Shown piece after piece: positions 35,590-49,619 of a stretch of DNA of 64,000 bases. This DNA comes from Heterodontus francisci (Eukaryota): positions 13,730,550 through 13,794,549 of the forward strand of contig NC_090404.1 of the NCBI RefSeq assembly GCF_036365525.1. The letters are read 5' to 3'. Position numbers and translations under genes: made by a program. Below the pieces are notes generated by a model. The model was not told the origin of the DNA and ran no database searches. It saw nothing but the letters and a program-made list of their open reading frames with translations. Within the stretch, counting starts at the first letter, position 1, and each line of letters opens with the position of its first letter.

Positions 35590-37590
35590 TTTCTAGTGCA
35601 GTAATAAATGAGACATTGGCAAGTATAATATTAGGGAATCAAGTTTGGTTTATATAAAAGAGAAGCAGGGTCTAATGCAGTAATAACTGAGACAGAGTCT
35701 AACGTAATACAAACAGAGACATGGTCTAGTGTAATATAACAGACATGGTCTAGCGTAATATAAGCAAAATAAATATTTGTGCAGTGGTAAGTGATATAGT
35801 GCCTCATCTAATATCAAGATAAACATGGTTTCAAGTGACATACATAAGGACACGATCTAATTTGAACAGAGAAAGAGTCTAGTGAAGTATAAGCGGAGGC
35901 ATTGACCAGTGTAATAATAACTTGGACAGGGACTGGTGTTATATAAACAGAGACATGCGATAGTGTAACATAAACAAAGGCCTAGACAAGTGCAGTAATA
36001 ACAGAAATAGGGTTTAATGTAATATAAGCAGGCATGTTGCAGTGCAGTTAGAACTGGAATTGAGCCTAGGTTAAGCTCAAGAGTAAAACAGTCTAGTGCA
36101 GTGATACAGGAAACAATGCCCAGTACAATAAAACTGTTAGGGTGTCTAGATCAGCATAACAGAGATCGGATATAGTCTAGTACAGACTCAGTGTCTAATA
36201 CAGTAATAACTGAAACATGGTCTACTGTAGTAAAAAAAAGGGTCTGGTGGCATATAATCAGCAGCATGATCTAGATCGGTGTAACTGATACAGGATTGCG
36301 TGTCAGGGTTTAGTGCAGCACCTAATGTGACATAAATCGAGAAGTGGATGAATGCAGTAATAACTGAGATAGGGCCTATTATAACACTAATAGTTGCATG
36401 GTCTGGTGCAGTGATAACTGTGACTGGGCCTAGTGCAGGAATTACTGTTCCAGTGCCCACATTAATATCGACTGAGAAAGAGCCAAGTGCAGGAATTACG
36501 GGTAGAGGACATAATTTGTCATTAAATGAGAAATGGTCGAGGTCAGTGCTGACTGATACAGGTAGCAGATTGATTTAAATTATACAGCGCACAGTGCAGC
36601 GATTATTGATGCACGGACTAAATTAATATAAACTGAGACGGAGCCTAGTGCAGGGATTACTCATGGCATAAATAACATAAACTGAGAAAGGGCCTAGTGC
36701 AGTAATTACTGATACAGGAGCTAAATTAAGATAAAACCGAGACAAAGCCTAGTGAAGGAATTAATAATACAAGGTCTTGATCAATATAAATGGAGACAGG
36801 GCCCAGTGCAGGAACTACTGATACAGGGTCTAGATTAAAATGAACTGCGACAGGACCTAGTGCAGTGATTACTGATGCAGGCCTAGATTAATATAAACTG
36901 ATACAGGAATTTGTTCAAGAAGTACATATACAGGGCCTAGATTAACATAAACTGAGAAAGGGCCTAATGCAGTGATTACTGATACAGGGCCTTGATTAAT
37001 AGAGAACGAGACAGTGTCTAATTCAGTGATTACTGATACAGGGACTAGATTAAAATAAAATGAGACAGGTTCTAGTGTAGTGATTATTGACACAAAGACT
37101 AGATTAATATAAACTAAGAGAGGGCCTTGTGCAGAAATTTCTGATACAGGTCTTTGATTAATATAAACTGAGACGGGTCTAATGCAGTGTTTACTGATAC
37201 AGGGACTAGATTAAAATAAAATGAAACAGGTTCTAGTGTAGTGATTATTGAGACAAAGATTAAACTAATATAAACTGAGAAAGGGCCTAGTCTAGGAATG
37301 ACTGAAATGGGACTAGATTAATATAAGCTGAGACAGGGCCAAGTGTAGGAATTACTGATACATGGTCGAGATTAATATAAACTGAGACACTGTCTTGTAC
37401 AGAATTTACTGAATCAGGGCCTAGATTAATATAAACTGAGACAGAGCCTGGTGCAGTAAATACTGTTCCAGAGTCTAGATTAACATAAACAGAGACAGGG
37501 TCTAGTGCAGTGATTACTGATACAGGACCTAGATTAATATAAACCGAGACAGTGTCTAGTACAGAAATTACTGTATCAGGGCCTAGATTA
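35590..37590. repeat. 54-bp (2x27) minisatellite array, best conserved at 36600-37590
   Basis: agattaatataaactgagacagggcctagtgcagtgattactgatacagggcct units; related degenerate arrays at 38370-38570, 39800-40470 and, inverted, 6210-6380. Confidence 0.85.
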
Positions 37591-37594
37591 GGTA

Positions 37595-38370
37595 ACATTT
37601 GCATCACACAGGTACCAGGCAATGACTATCTCAAACAAGAGAGAATCAAACCATCTACGCTTGATAATCAATGGCATTACGATCCCTGAATCCCCCAGTA
37701 TCAACATCCTGGGGGTTACCATGGATCAGAAACTGAACTGGGCCAGCTTTATAAATACCATGGCTACAAGAGGAGGTCAGAGGCGAGGAATCCTGCGGCA
37801 AGTAATTCACCTCCTGACTCGCCAAAGCCTGTCCACCATCTGCAAAGCACACATAGGAGTGTGATGGAATGCTTTCACTTGTCTGGATGGGTGCAGCTCC
37901 AAAGGCATTCAAAAAGCTAGACACCATCCAGGACAAATCAGCCCACTTCATTGGAACCCTGTCCACAAACATTCACTTCTTTCTCCACTGACACACAGTG
38001 GCAGCTGTGTGTACCATCTACAAGATACACTGCAACAATGCTCCAAGGCTCCTCCGACAGTACCTTCCAAACCCGCGACGTCTAACATCTAGAAAGACAA
38101 AGGAAGCAGATGCATGGGAACACCACCAACTTCAGGTTCCCCTCCAAGCCACAGAACATCCTGACTTGGAACTATATTGCCATTCCTTCACTGTCACTGG
38201 GCTAAACTCCTGAAACTCCCTTCCTAACAACACTGTCGGTGTACCTACCCCACATGGACTGCAGTCGTTAAAGAAGGCGATGCACCACCACCTTCTCAAG
38301 GGAAATTAGGGATGGGTAATAAATGCATCCAAGCCAGTGACGCCCAAATCCCATGAACGAATAAAAAAAC
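37595..38370 (+). mobile_element. LINE 3' end inserted in the minisatellite
   Basis: INILGVT.DQKLNW RT-thumb motif and 3' tail ..caccaccttctcaaggg..cccatgaacgaataaaaa; same family at 48290-49620 (minus) and 52470-52700. Confidence 0.7.
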
Positions 38371-39462
38371 ACTGAGACTGGACCTAGTGTAGGAACTACT
38401 GATACAAGACCTAGATTAATATAAATGGGGACAGGAACCAGTGCATTGATTCAGAGTCTAGATTAATATAACCTGATGCAACGTTTAGTGCAGTAATTAA
38501 TGATACAGGGTATATACATTAAAGCAAACTGAGATGGACACTGCTGCAGTAATAACTGATACAGGATCTCATGGAATGAGAGAAATATTAATTCAGAGGA
38601 TTACAGATTTGCTATTCACATGTCTGATATAGGCTCTATTCCATTTTTACCATCACGTTCACACACGTGAGGTTTATATATAAAAGCTTCTCTGTGTTAG
38701 TGACTTTACAATAAAGCACAAACACTGGTTGTTGGCTGCTCATTATGCTTGGTGTGATTTAATCCAATTTTCAACTGAAAACTGGGCCAGGCCGTCTCGC
38801 CTTGATAATGGAATAGTCAGTGTGACATCATTTTCTAAACAAGAGCATGCAACAGATAAGATATTAAATGCTTTAAACTATCTGCAATTACATTTTGTAT
38901 GAAAAGAAATAAAATGCTGCAAACTACTGGTGAAGATCAATTATTTATTTTTGTAGAATTCACTTGCAAGCATTAAGAAGTATGTGCTTTACACACAAGC
39001 ACACACACACACACACGCACAAATAGCACACACTTGGTGTGTGCTCATTTCAGTTGTTGCAGTGAACTCTTTTGATTGGTCAAGATTGGTATCTGAACCT
39101 TGGGGCTGGCCATCCTGCGGTGCTGTGAGGAAACGGTTTCAGGCTCTGTGTCACACAATCAGTGTGCTAGGCGAAAGCTAAATAGAAAGTCCTGCAGGGA
39201 AAGCAATCCCTAACATTAAAAGTTTTTCAGCAATTGGCACTTTTAGACCTGTCCTTCAGTCCTAGTTCATCTCTGGGAGATTGTTACAGGAATCTTGCCA
39301 TCTTCCAAATACAAATAGTATCCGTATAATACCAGAACAATTAGAAGTTCGCACAGCTGGTGATAGCTAATAACAAGACTAAATAATTTTCCAACCTAAA
39401 ATGATTGCATCCTTGTGAGTCTGTGTGTGTGTGTGTTTAATACAAGACCTCTCTCTCTCTCT

Positions 39463-39683
39463 GCCAAAAGACTTGCAGGTTGATAGGTAAATTGGCAATT
39501 ATATATTGCCCCTAGTATAGGTAGTTGGTAGGGGAATATAGGGACAGGTGAGGATGTGGTAGGAATATGGAATTAGCGTAGGATTAGTATAAATGGGTGG
39601 TTAATGGTCGGCACAGACTCGGTGGGCCGAAGGGCCTGTTTCAGTGCTGTATCTCTAAAATCTAAATCTAAAATCTAAAAAAA
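39463..39683 (+). mobile_element. Truncated V-SINE (HE1-like) within a (TC)n tract
   Basis: Near-identical to the 3' half of the SINE at 16477-16808. Confidence 0.8.
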
Positions 39684-40479
39684 TCTCTCTCTCTCTCTCT
39701 CCCTCTCTCTCTCTATCCCTCCCCCACCCCCAACAACCCTCCTAATCCCTCTCTCACCCTCCCGCTCCGTTCCTGGCTATCCAATAGAGGCATTGCATAG
39801 TGAATTAATAATTGAGACAAGGTCTAGTGTATTAATAATGGAGGCAGGACATTTCTCAACATAACGTAAGGCAGAGATGAGTCCAGAAATAAATGAAACA
39901 GTGTCTAACACATCAATATTTGAGATGAAATCAGTTGTAATATAATACAGAGATGTGGTTTAGTACAGTAACAATTCAGAAGGGTCAATTGTAGTATATG
40001 TGGAGGCATGACCTAGGACATTAATAAATGACCTAGTGCATCTAGTGTAATATAAAACTAGAAATGGCCTAGGCTATAATAATTCAGAAATGGTCAATTG
40101 CAGTCTATATCGAGGCATGGCCTAGTGCATTAATAAATGTGACTGCACATACTGCAATGTTCACAGCTACAGTGCCAAGAACAATATAAACAGAGACGTA
40201 GTTTGCTGCAGCAATGTCTAATTCAGGGTCAAGTGTAATATAAACTGTGACATCGTCACCGTGCAGTTATTCATGAGACAGTGTCCAGTGTTATATAGCC
40301 AAACACAAGGGCTAGTGTAATCTAAACAGAGGCATGGTCTAGTGCAGTAATAACTCAGAATGAATCGACTGTAATATACCGAGAGAAATGGCTTAGCTCA
40401 TCTAGTGAATTAATGAATGACACTGCATCTAGTGTAATATAAACAGAAACATGGTCTTTTGCAGTAATAAAGGCATGAA

Positions 40480-42400
40480 TGCCTTTACAGGATTTTCTGC
40501 ATCTGTCTCTAGGGAATGAGGTGCATCAGGTGGATCAAGCGTCAGTCGCGAAACTTTTAGGGAAGAGTGAACATAATATCATAAGCTTCAGCTTGGCTAT
40601 GGAAAAGGACAAGGAGCAATCCAGAATAAAAATAATTAATTCGGGCAGGACAAAGTTCAATGGGGGTGCCAACTGAACTGGATGAGATAAATTAGAATTC
40701 AAGATTTTCAAGCAAAATTGTAATGGAAAAAAGGATTGCATTTAAAGAGGAGATAGCAAAGGTACAGCCGAGGTATATCCCCTCTAGCGAGAAAGGTAGG
40801 GAAAACAAATCCAGAGCTCCCTGGATGACGAAATAGATATAAAGTAAAATGAAGCAAAAAATGGTGCATATGCCAGACTCCATATAGAGGGTTCAGAGGT
40901 GAAGAAATAAGAGAAGCAATGAGAGTGCAGGAGAAGAGACTGGCAGCTCACATAAAACGAAATTCAAACTTCTTCTATAGGCATATATATTGTAAAAGTG
41001 TTATGAAAGGAGGGGTGCGGCCGATTAGGGACCTAAAAGTGGATTTACGCATGGAGGTAAGGGGCATAACTGAGGTACTAAGGAGTGATTTACATCGTTC
41101 TTTACCGAGGAATAAAATACTGGCCAAATAGTAAAAGGGCAGGATGTTGAGACAACATCTAATATGTTTTCTAATATTTGTCAGTTCCAAAGAAGGGTCA
41201 CTGACCCGAAACGTTAACTCTGCTTCTCTTTCCACAGATGCTGCCAGACCTGCTGAGTGATTCCAGCATTTCTTGTTTTTGTTGTTGAGACAACGGATGG
41301 GCTAAAAATTGATAAATGTAGGTATTTAAATAGACCGACTGTAGTTAAAGTTGATAAGTCACTAGGACCAGTCGAGATGCAACCAAGGTTATTGAGCGAA
41401 TTAAAGGTAGAAATTGTGGAGGCACTAACCATAATCTTTCTATCCTCCTTAGATACAGAGGTGGTGCCAGAGGACTGGAGAATTTAAAATTTTACTCCCT
41501 TGTTCAAAAGAAGGTGTAAGGATAAACCGAGCAACAACAGGCCAGTAAGTTTAACTTTGGTTTTGGAAAAACCTTTGGAAAAGATCATTCGGGACAACAG
41601 TCTCAATCACTTGGGCAAATATGGTTTAATTAAGGAAATTAAGCTCATTTGTTTGCATTTTTAATTAGGTAACACAGCAGGTTGATGAGGGTAATGCAGT
41701 TGATGTGGGGTACTTGGACTATGTTCTATGTTCTAAGTATAGCATTACAGGCTTGTCAGTAAAGTTAGAGCCTATAGAATAAAGGGGACAGTAGCAGCAT
41801 GGATATGAAGTTGGCTGAGTGACAGGAAACAGAGAATGGTGGTGAACGGTTGTTCCTTTTTGGAATAGAGGAAGATATATAATGGGTTTCCACAAGGGTG
41901 AGTGTTAGGACCACTGCTTTTCTTGAAAGATAGCCATGACTTAGACTTGGGTGTACAGGACACAATTTAAAAATTTGCAGATGACACAAATTATGAAAGT
42001 ATTGTGAACTATGAAGAGGATAGTGTTAAACGTCAAGAGGACATAGACAGGCTGTTGTAATAGGTGGACAAGTGGCGGGTGAAATTCAATGCAGAGAAGT
42101 GTGAAATTATTAATGTTGGTAGGAGAACTAGGAGAGGGAATATAAAATAAATGTTATAATTCTAAAGGAACAGAGGAAGTTGGGGGTAAAGGGGCACAAA
42201 TCATTGAATGTTGCGGGGCAGGTTGATAAAGCTGTTAACAAAACATACAGATTACTGGGCTTTAGCAATAGGGGTGTAGAGTACAAAATAAGTAAGTCAT
42301 GATAAAGCTTTATTCACTATAAGTTCGACTTCAGTTGGAGTATTGTTCCAATCTTAGGCACCGCACCTGAAGAAGGAGGTGAAGGCATTAAAGAGGGTAC
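40480..42400 (+). mobile_element. Decayed CR1 LINE containing a Penelope-like insert (41145-41294)
   Basis: KSLGP..MQPRLL..IVEALTIIF..VPEDWR motifs; insert bounded by the 12-bp TSD tgttgagacaac. Confidence 0.75.
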
Positions 42401-43200
42401 TTTGATATTTCAACGTAAGAGTTGGGCGTGACCAAGAACATTGGAAAGATGCCTTGGGCAGACATGGCATTGGAAATTGCAATGACAATGGTCAATTCTA
42501 CTGGAATTCTGCACGGAGCATGAACTCAACATAAGTAATTCTCAGTTCCAGCAGAAAGGCTGATTTGAGACCACCTGGAGGCATCCATGCTGAAAACACT
42601 TGGATTATATTATGGCATGCCAACGTGACATACGGGATGTACTGCACACCAGAGTTATGCCCAGCGCTGACTGTTACAGCGATCACAGCCTTGTTGGAGC
42701 TAACGTTGCCTTCAGAATCAAACCATTACCCAAAAGGAAAGCCTAACAAACAAGGGAACTACAAATCCATTGACTCTATCTACCAGACGTGATATCAGTT
42801 TTCCAGAGCAACGCTGAAGACAGACTCTGCAGTGACCTGATTCCAGGCCGTGATATTAACCCAGCAGCCTGCTGGGAACAATTGAAATCCATTCTACAAG
42901 AAACAACTGCAGAAGTGGTTGGCTTTTCAACCAGAAGAAACCAATATTGGTTTGACAAAATTACATGGAAATCCAAGAGTTTCTTCAAAAGAAACACTCG
43001 TCTCGCAATAGATTACTTGCATGGCCTGATGACAAGACTCCAAAAGCTGCAAAGATGAAGCCTGCAGTACTTTGCAAACCAACCTCTGTGTCATCAAAAA
43101 CACTTGTGGACAGTGCTCGCTGAGAGGATACAATTGCATGCAGATACGGCAAGGTGGAGCAAGTGGCCCAGCAGAAGCTCCTTGACCCCCAATATCTGCG
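42400..43200 (+). mobile_element. RTE-clade LINE fragment
   Basis: FNVRVGRDQEHWKDALGRHGIGNCNDNG and TAEVVGFSTRRNQYWFD are RTE endonuclease and linker motifs. Confidence 0.65.
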
Positions 43201-43639
43201 GCTGAAAAGTTGGGGCCAACAAAATAGCCACTTCACTGGAAATAGTGTTGGTGAGGCTACACCTGGAGTACTGCATACAATTTTGGTCGCCGTATTAAAG
43301 GAAGGATATACTAGCATTGGAGGCAGTTCAGAAAAGTTTTACTAGGCTGATTCCTGGAATGAAGTGGTTGTCTTTATCAAGAACGACTAAACAGGTTAAT
43401 CCTTTATTCATTGGAGTTTAGAGAAATGAGAGGTGATCTGATTGAAAGATATAAGATTTTAAGGGGGCGTGATAGGGGAGATGTTGAGAATATGTTTTCA
43501 TGGTGGGGGGGATCTCGAACTAGGGAACATAGTTACAGAATAAGGGGGCACACATTTAAAATTGAGATGCGAAGGAATGTTTTCTCTCAGAGGGTGGTGA
43601 ATCTCTGGAATTCTCTGCCTCAGAGAGTTGTGGAGGCTA

Positions 43640-45260
43640 GGCAGAAAGGATACACATGCTCTCCCGAGGTTGTTCTCCCGAAGTCTCAGCCGGACTGGGG
43701 TCATCCTCGATCTCACCTCCCCCAGATGGTGCAGGTGGGGGAGGAGGAGCTCACCGGGAATAAAGGGATGGATGTTGGATAACATTACACGCTGCACAGT
43801 GGCCTCCAAAAGGTACACTGGCAGGAACGCCCCACCACTGTCAGCCCCTTCCTCAGGGCCAGCGGTACAGCCTGCTTGGTCTTCCAGGAAAACACTGCCT
43901 TCCTGTACATTTTTGATGTGCAACAATGACCAAGGGGCTGACAACCTCGACCATTGCCTTTACACAAGCCTCAATAGGCATGTTGGGGTTGGGATAGCTC
44001 CTCACCCATGGCTGGAAGTGATAATGTTGAATGGTGACGGGGCCATATTGGCGGCCGCAGAGGCTGCAGCCGCATAGGTGTTAGAGGGCCGTGCCACTGG
44101 CACTGATGGACTCGCCAAGGGTCAAGAGCAAATCCTCACCCCAGCTGTAGGCCTGCAGATTCCAAATAAAGCAAGAAGATAAATAAATATGTATGTAATA
44201 AGTTAGGGGAGAGGCAGAGCGTACACTGAAGAGGAGACGGGAGGCTAGGAGCGATGACTTGCTTCACCGAGGTGGTATGATAAATGCCAGTTCAAACAAA
44301 AAGTCTTTCACAAGCTCTTCTGGTCTCCTGGTTGGGAGAGGTTTTTTCACCTGGGCCAGCCGAAAGCTGTCGAGGTACTATCTGTCTTCTGTTCCCTTCA
44401 TAGCCAGGCAGTTTCAACTGACCCACGCTGGGCAATTGGGTGGGGAGGGAGCTTCCTTGTATGTTTAATGCAACTGCACAGCTCCCTGAAGAATTGCACA
44501 GCCCCCACCCCTTGTTCTTCCAGCCTCTCCCACCTCCTCCAAAGGTCCAAATCAAATGAAAGTCTGGTGCTCTACACCCAACTCGAAACACAGCCTTATG
44601 TTTAAAAGTATTTTCCTCCTTTGTAGCAAAAGCTGTTCAAAAATGTTGCAGCTCTCCTTCTCAAGCAACAACCCCTGCAACTGACTGCAGCATTGTCAGC
44701 TGTTGTTCGTTGATGCACTCAGTCCTCAACTAGGCAGCAGCCAACCCCGAGCTGTACCGGTCCTGGGAGTGTTTGATGGAACTGTGTAGAGGGAGCTATA
44801 TTCTCTACCCAACGCACTTTTTTAAACAGATAAATAGAACAAAACTCAAATTAAAATGCCATTCTCAGCATTGATGATGCACTCCATCTCCTGCACCACC
44901 CATCAGTCATGGAAGGCCTCAAGTGAACTGGCGGAAGCCGCTTGCCCCTTCTCCAGGGTCACCCAGGCACGAACGTAATCTCGGTAGAGAAGCAGGAAAT
45001 CAGGGCGGACGGATGCCCCCCCACCCCCGGCCCCCCGACGGCCCGCTGCCTGGACCTGCGAATTGCCACGTTGGCCGGGCCCAGGAGTAGATTGACGAGG
45101 AGATCCGCTCCTAGCCCACCCCCTCCGCACCAGGTGCCCAACAATCAGGAGCGTGGGGCTGAAGTGCAACCAAAACTTGAGAAGATGCCTTTTAACTACT
45201 CAAAGAGGGATTGCAGCCTCGGATACTCTATATATACCTTGTCCAGGCCGCAGAAATTAC
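43640..45260 (-). mobile_element. Tx1-clade LINE fragments (ORF1 piece ~43660-44050; ORF2 C-terminus ~44840-45250)
   Basis: SKMYRKAVF..GAFLPVYLLEATVQRVMLSNIHPFIPGELL (Tx1 ORF1-like); LLLGPANVAIRRSR..YVRAWVTLE (ORF2 end). Confidence 0.55.
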
Positions 45261-45679
45261 AGGTGGCCTGAGAGTCCGTGAACCTACTTAAAAGTCTATT
45301 GCACGGGGCTGCCCTGTTCAGCACATTCCAACCCAGGTCCTACATGTAAAGGGGAGGAGTCCCGCGTAGAGAGACCTCCACCAGGGTTATCCCTAGCCAC
45401 CATGTATCTAACCCATGATGGACCTGCTCTGTGAGGGTTTGCTGGGACAGTGTGAAAGGAGCTTTACTCTGCATCTAACCTGTGCTATACGTCCCTTGGG
45501 AATGTTTATTGCGAGGGTGTAGAGGGGCTTTGCTCTGTATCTAACCTGCACTGCACCTGTCCAGGGAGTGTCTGATGGGGCAGTGCAAAGGGAGCTTTGT
45601 GCTCTTCTTAACTCATGATGTTCTCCAATGGAATTGTTTGATATGCAAGGAAATTGATAATAAATATTATGAATAGAGT

Positions 45680-47100
45680 CATAGAGTTACACAGCACAGA
45701 AATAGGCCCTTCGGCCCATCGTGTCCATGCCGCCCATCAAGCATCTATCAATTCTAATCTTATTTTCCAGCACTTGGCCAGTAGCCTTGTATGCTATGGC
45801 GTTTCAAGTGCTTATCTAAATACTTCTTAAATGTTGTGAGGGTTCCTGCCACTACCACCCCTTCAGCCAGTGTGTTCCAGCTTCCAACCACCCTCTGGGT
45901 GAAAAATCTTTTCCTCAAATCCCCTCTAAACCTCCTGCCCCTCAGCATAAACCAATGCCCCCTGGTTATTGACACCTCTGCTAAAGGAACAAGTTTATCC
46001 CTATCTACCCTATCCATGCCCCTCATAATTTTCTATACCTCAATCAATCTCCCCCTCCACCTCCTCTGATCCAAGGAAAACAACCCCAGCCTATCCAGTC
46101 CCTCTTCATTGCTGAAATGCTCCAGCCCAGGTAACATCCTGGTGAATCTCCTCTGCACCCTCTGCAGTGCAATCACCTCCTTCCTATGTTGTGGCGCCCA
46201 GAACTGTACACAATACTCCAGCTGTGGCCTAACTAACGTTTTATGCAGCTCCATCATAACCTCCCTGCTCTTATATTCTATGCCTCAGCTAATAAATGCA
46301 AGTACCTCATATGCCTTCCTAACCACCTTATCTACCTGTGCTGTTGCCTTCAGTGATCTATGGACAAGTACACCAAGGTCCCTCTGACCTTCTGTACTTC
46401 CTAGGGTCCGACCATCCATTATATATTCCCTTGCCTTTTCAGTCCTGCCAAAATGCATCACCTCACACTTCTCAGGATTCAGTTCCATTCGCCACTGCCC
46501 TGCCCATCTTACCAGCCCATCTATATCGTCCTGCAATCCAAGGCTTTCCTCCTCAATATTTATGGCACCACCAATTTTCGTGTCATCTGCGAACTTACTG
46601 ATCATAACTCATATATCCACGTCTAAATCATTATTGTACACTACAAACGACAATGGTCCCAGCACCAATCCCTGCATCACAGGCTTCCACTCGCAAGAAC
46701 AACGCTCGAGCATCACCCTCTGCCTGCTGCCACTAAGCCAGTTTTGAATCCAATTTGTAAAATTACCCTGGATCCCATGGGCTCATACCTTCTTGACCAA
46801 TCTCCCATGCAGGACCGTATCAAAATCCTTCCTGAAGTCCATGTAGACTACATCAAGTGCTTTACCCTCATCTACGCACCTACTCACCTCCTCGAAAAAT
46901 TTGTTATACATGATCTCCCCCTGACAAAGCCATGCTGACTATCCTTGATTAATCCCTACCTCTCCAAGTCCCTCAGAATTTTTTCAATAGTTTACCTACC
47001 AATGATCTTAGACTCACTGGCCTGTAATTACCTGGTTTATCCCTACGACCCTTCTTGAATAATGGTACCACATTCGCTGTTCTCCAGTCCGCTATTAATC
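45680..47100 (-). mobile_element. CR1-clade LINE 3' fragment
   Basis: ORFs 46285-46605 (ISKFADDTK), 46033-46257 and 45760-46026. Confidence 0.88.
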
Positions 47101-47498
47101 ACGTTCAGATCATGGAGTTACTAAATGTTGTTTGATCTCCGTATTTGCTGATTAGCGAGGTCAAAAACCTTCATTTTTGCGAAATTAAAAATCCAATAGT
47201 CTGAAGTGTGAAATTGTTAACGTGAAGTCCGTCTAATTTATACAAATAAAGCTGTCATGAGTTTGCGACTTAGGCATACCCGAAAACTGAGATAAGAAAT
47301 CTCAGAATTAATATAAAATAGCAAGATAGTAACAGGAAAACAGCAAAATTGCATCAGGTTACAGTAAAGATAAAAATAAAACAATGACAACTATAGTACT
47401 CTAGCATAAAAATAGTTGAGCATGGTCATGCTGCAGCATTCGTTGATCAATTGAGAATCCAAATGTTTCACAGACAGGATTTTATTTATCGCCTGGCG

Positions 47499-47512
47499 CC
47501 ACTAGATGACGC
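47499..47512 (+). promoter_or_regulatory. CTCF-like motif in a small CpG-rich patch between the two IgM clusters
   Basis: CCACTAGATGACGC, one mismatch to CCACTAGATGGCGC; motif match only. Confidence 0.3.
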
Positions 47513-49619
47513 TCCGGCTCCTCATCTTCGGCCAAAACTTACCGAACCGTCAGGTGAGTGAGTGAATAGATGACAGATAGAGATTGTAGGAAATAAGTTT
47601 GCGTGGTAACACCGCACACGGCAGTGTATTTACAGCACGGGTAAATTGCAGGTCTAACGGCACGGCTGAACGAGATAATGCAATGTCGGAGTCATTGTAT
47701 TTAATTATTCCAATGTCTCTGTATAGCTTGAAGAAGTATAATAATTCTTCCATTCAAATGTTTAAATGTGTCTTGAACATACAGACAGGCAGACAATTGT
47801 ATCGATTGTTTTGTGAGCATTATGCTGTTTTATTATTGATGATAAATTGAAATTATCTGGAAAGTATCTGGAATTCCAAATCCCTTTACTCCAGCACAAG
47901 AGTCATATTGAAAAAAACTTTCTGTCAGAGAATTAAACATTCTCACCTCACTCTGTGTAATAACATTTCTTGCATTGAAACACAGACTACACCTGTAAGG
48001 TGCTTACGTGACTGTAAATTGCTTTGGGACGTCCTAAAGCCATGAAAGGCGCTATATAAATAAAAGTTTGTCCTTTTCTGTTATAAACAAAAAAACATTT
48101 GCTTCCGTATTACATATTACTCCAAGGGTTGCATTTATTGCCTGCCTGTTTCCACGAGGACAAGCAGAATGTCTTTTTTCCATTTCTTTGGTTCAAGTCT
48201 TTGATTGATGAGTAGTCACCAACTCCTGTGATGTCCAGGATTCGGACTTCAATCTGCTCAGAGATTCTTTTCACTCAACAGGACACCCAGAGTTTTCTTT
48301 TATTATTTCATGAGATGTGAGCATCTTTGGAAAGGCCAGCATTTGTCGCCGATCCCCAATTGCCGTTGAGAAGGCAGTGTTGAGCTGCCTTCTTGAGACA
48401 CTGCAGTCCATGTCTTGCACGTATACCCACAGTGCTTTTAGAGAGGGCATTTCAGGATTTTCACCGAGCAACAGTGAAGGAACGGCTATACATTTCCAAG
48501 TCAGGATCGTATGTGACTTGGAGAGGAAGTTGAGGGGGGACGGGGGCGACAGGGGTAGTTCTGATGTGCCTGCTGCCCTTGCACTTTTATGTGTTAGAGG
48601 TCACGGGTTTGAAAGGTAATGCCGAAGGAGCCTTGGAAATTTGCTGCAGTTCATCTTGTAGATGGTATACACTGTGCCACTGTATGTCAGTGGTGGAGAG
48701 GGGTGAATGGGATGCTGATGAGGTTGCCTGTTTTGTTTTGGCTGGTATCAAGCTTCTTGAGTTTTGTTAGAGCTTCACTCGTTTCGGCAAGTGGAGATTA
48801 CTCCATCACACTCATATCTTGTAGGTGGTGGACAGGTTTTGGGAAGTCAGGATGTGAATTACTCACCGCAGAATTCCTTGCATCTGACCTGCTCTTGAAG
48901 CCATAATATTTATATGCCTGGTCCAGTTAAATTTCTGTTTAATGCTAAGTCCCGGATGTTGAAGGTGGTGATTCAGCTATGATAATGTCATTGAACGTCA
49001 TGGGGAAATGGTTACATTTTCTCTTGTTGGGGATGGTCATTGCTTGGCACTTGTGTGCCACAAATATTGCTTACCACTTATGAGCCCAAGCCAGAATGTT
49101 GTCTAGGTCTTGCTGCATGAGGACACAGACTGCTTCAGATTCCGAGGAGACATGAATGTTACTGAACACTATGTAATAATAAACGAAAATTCCAACTTCT
49201 GACCTTATGATGCAGGGAAGATCCTTGATGAGCAACTGAAGATGGTTGGGCCTAGGAGACAGCATGAGGAACTTCTGCAGTAGTATCCTGAGGATGTGAT
49301 AATTGTCCTCTAACAACCACAACCATTTGTCCTCGGCATTTCCCCCTGATTCCCATTGACTTCTATTTTGCTATGGCTCTATCATGCCACACTCAGTCAA
49401 ATGCTGCCGTGATGTCGAAGGCAGTCACTTCCACCTCACCTCTGGAAGTCAGCTCTTTTGCACATGTTTATACCCAGGCTGTTTTGAGGTCTGGAGCCAA
49501 TTGGCTATGACTGAATCCAAACTGAGCATTAGTGAGCAGGTTATTGCTGAGTAAGTGCCACTTGATAGCATTGCCAATGACACCTTCCATGACTTTGCTG
49601 ATGTTTGAAAATGGACTGA

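Noticed and set aside
36600-37590. CRISPR-like array
   Set aside because: Eukaryotic tandem minisatellite with no unique spacers and no cas genes.
37597-37604. Octamer ATTTGCAT
   Set aside because: Lies at the start of a LINE fragment far from any V promoter.
36188-37622. Repetitive ORFs (SVITALGPVSVYINLGP)
   Set aside because: They are translations of the 54-bp minisatellite with no splice or promoter context.
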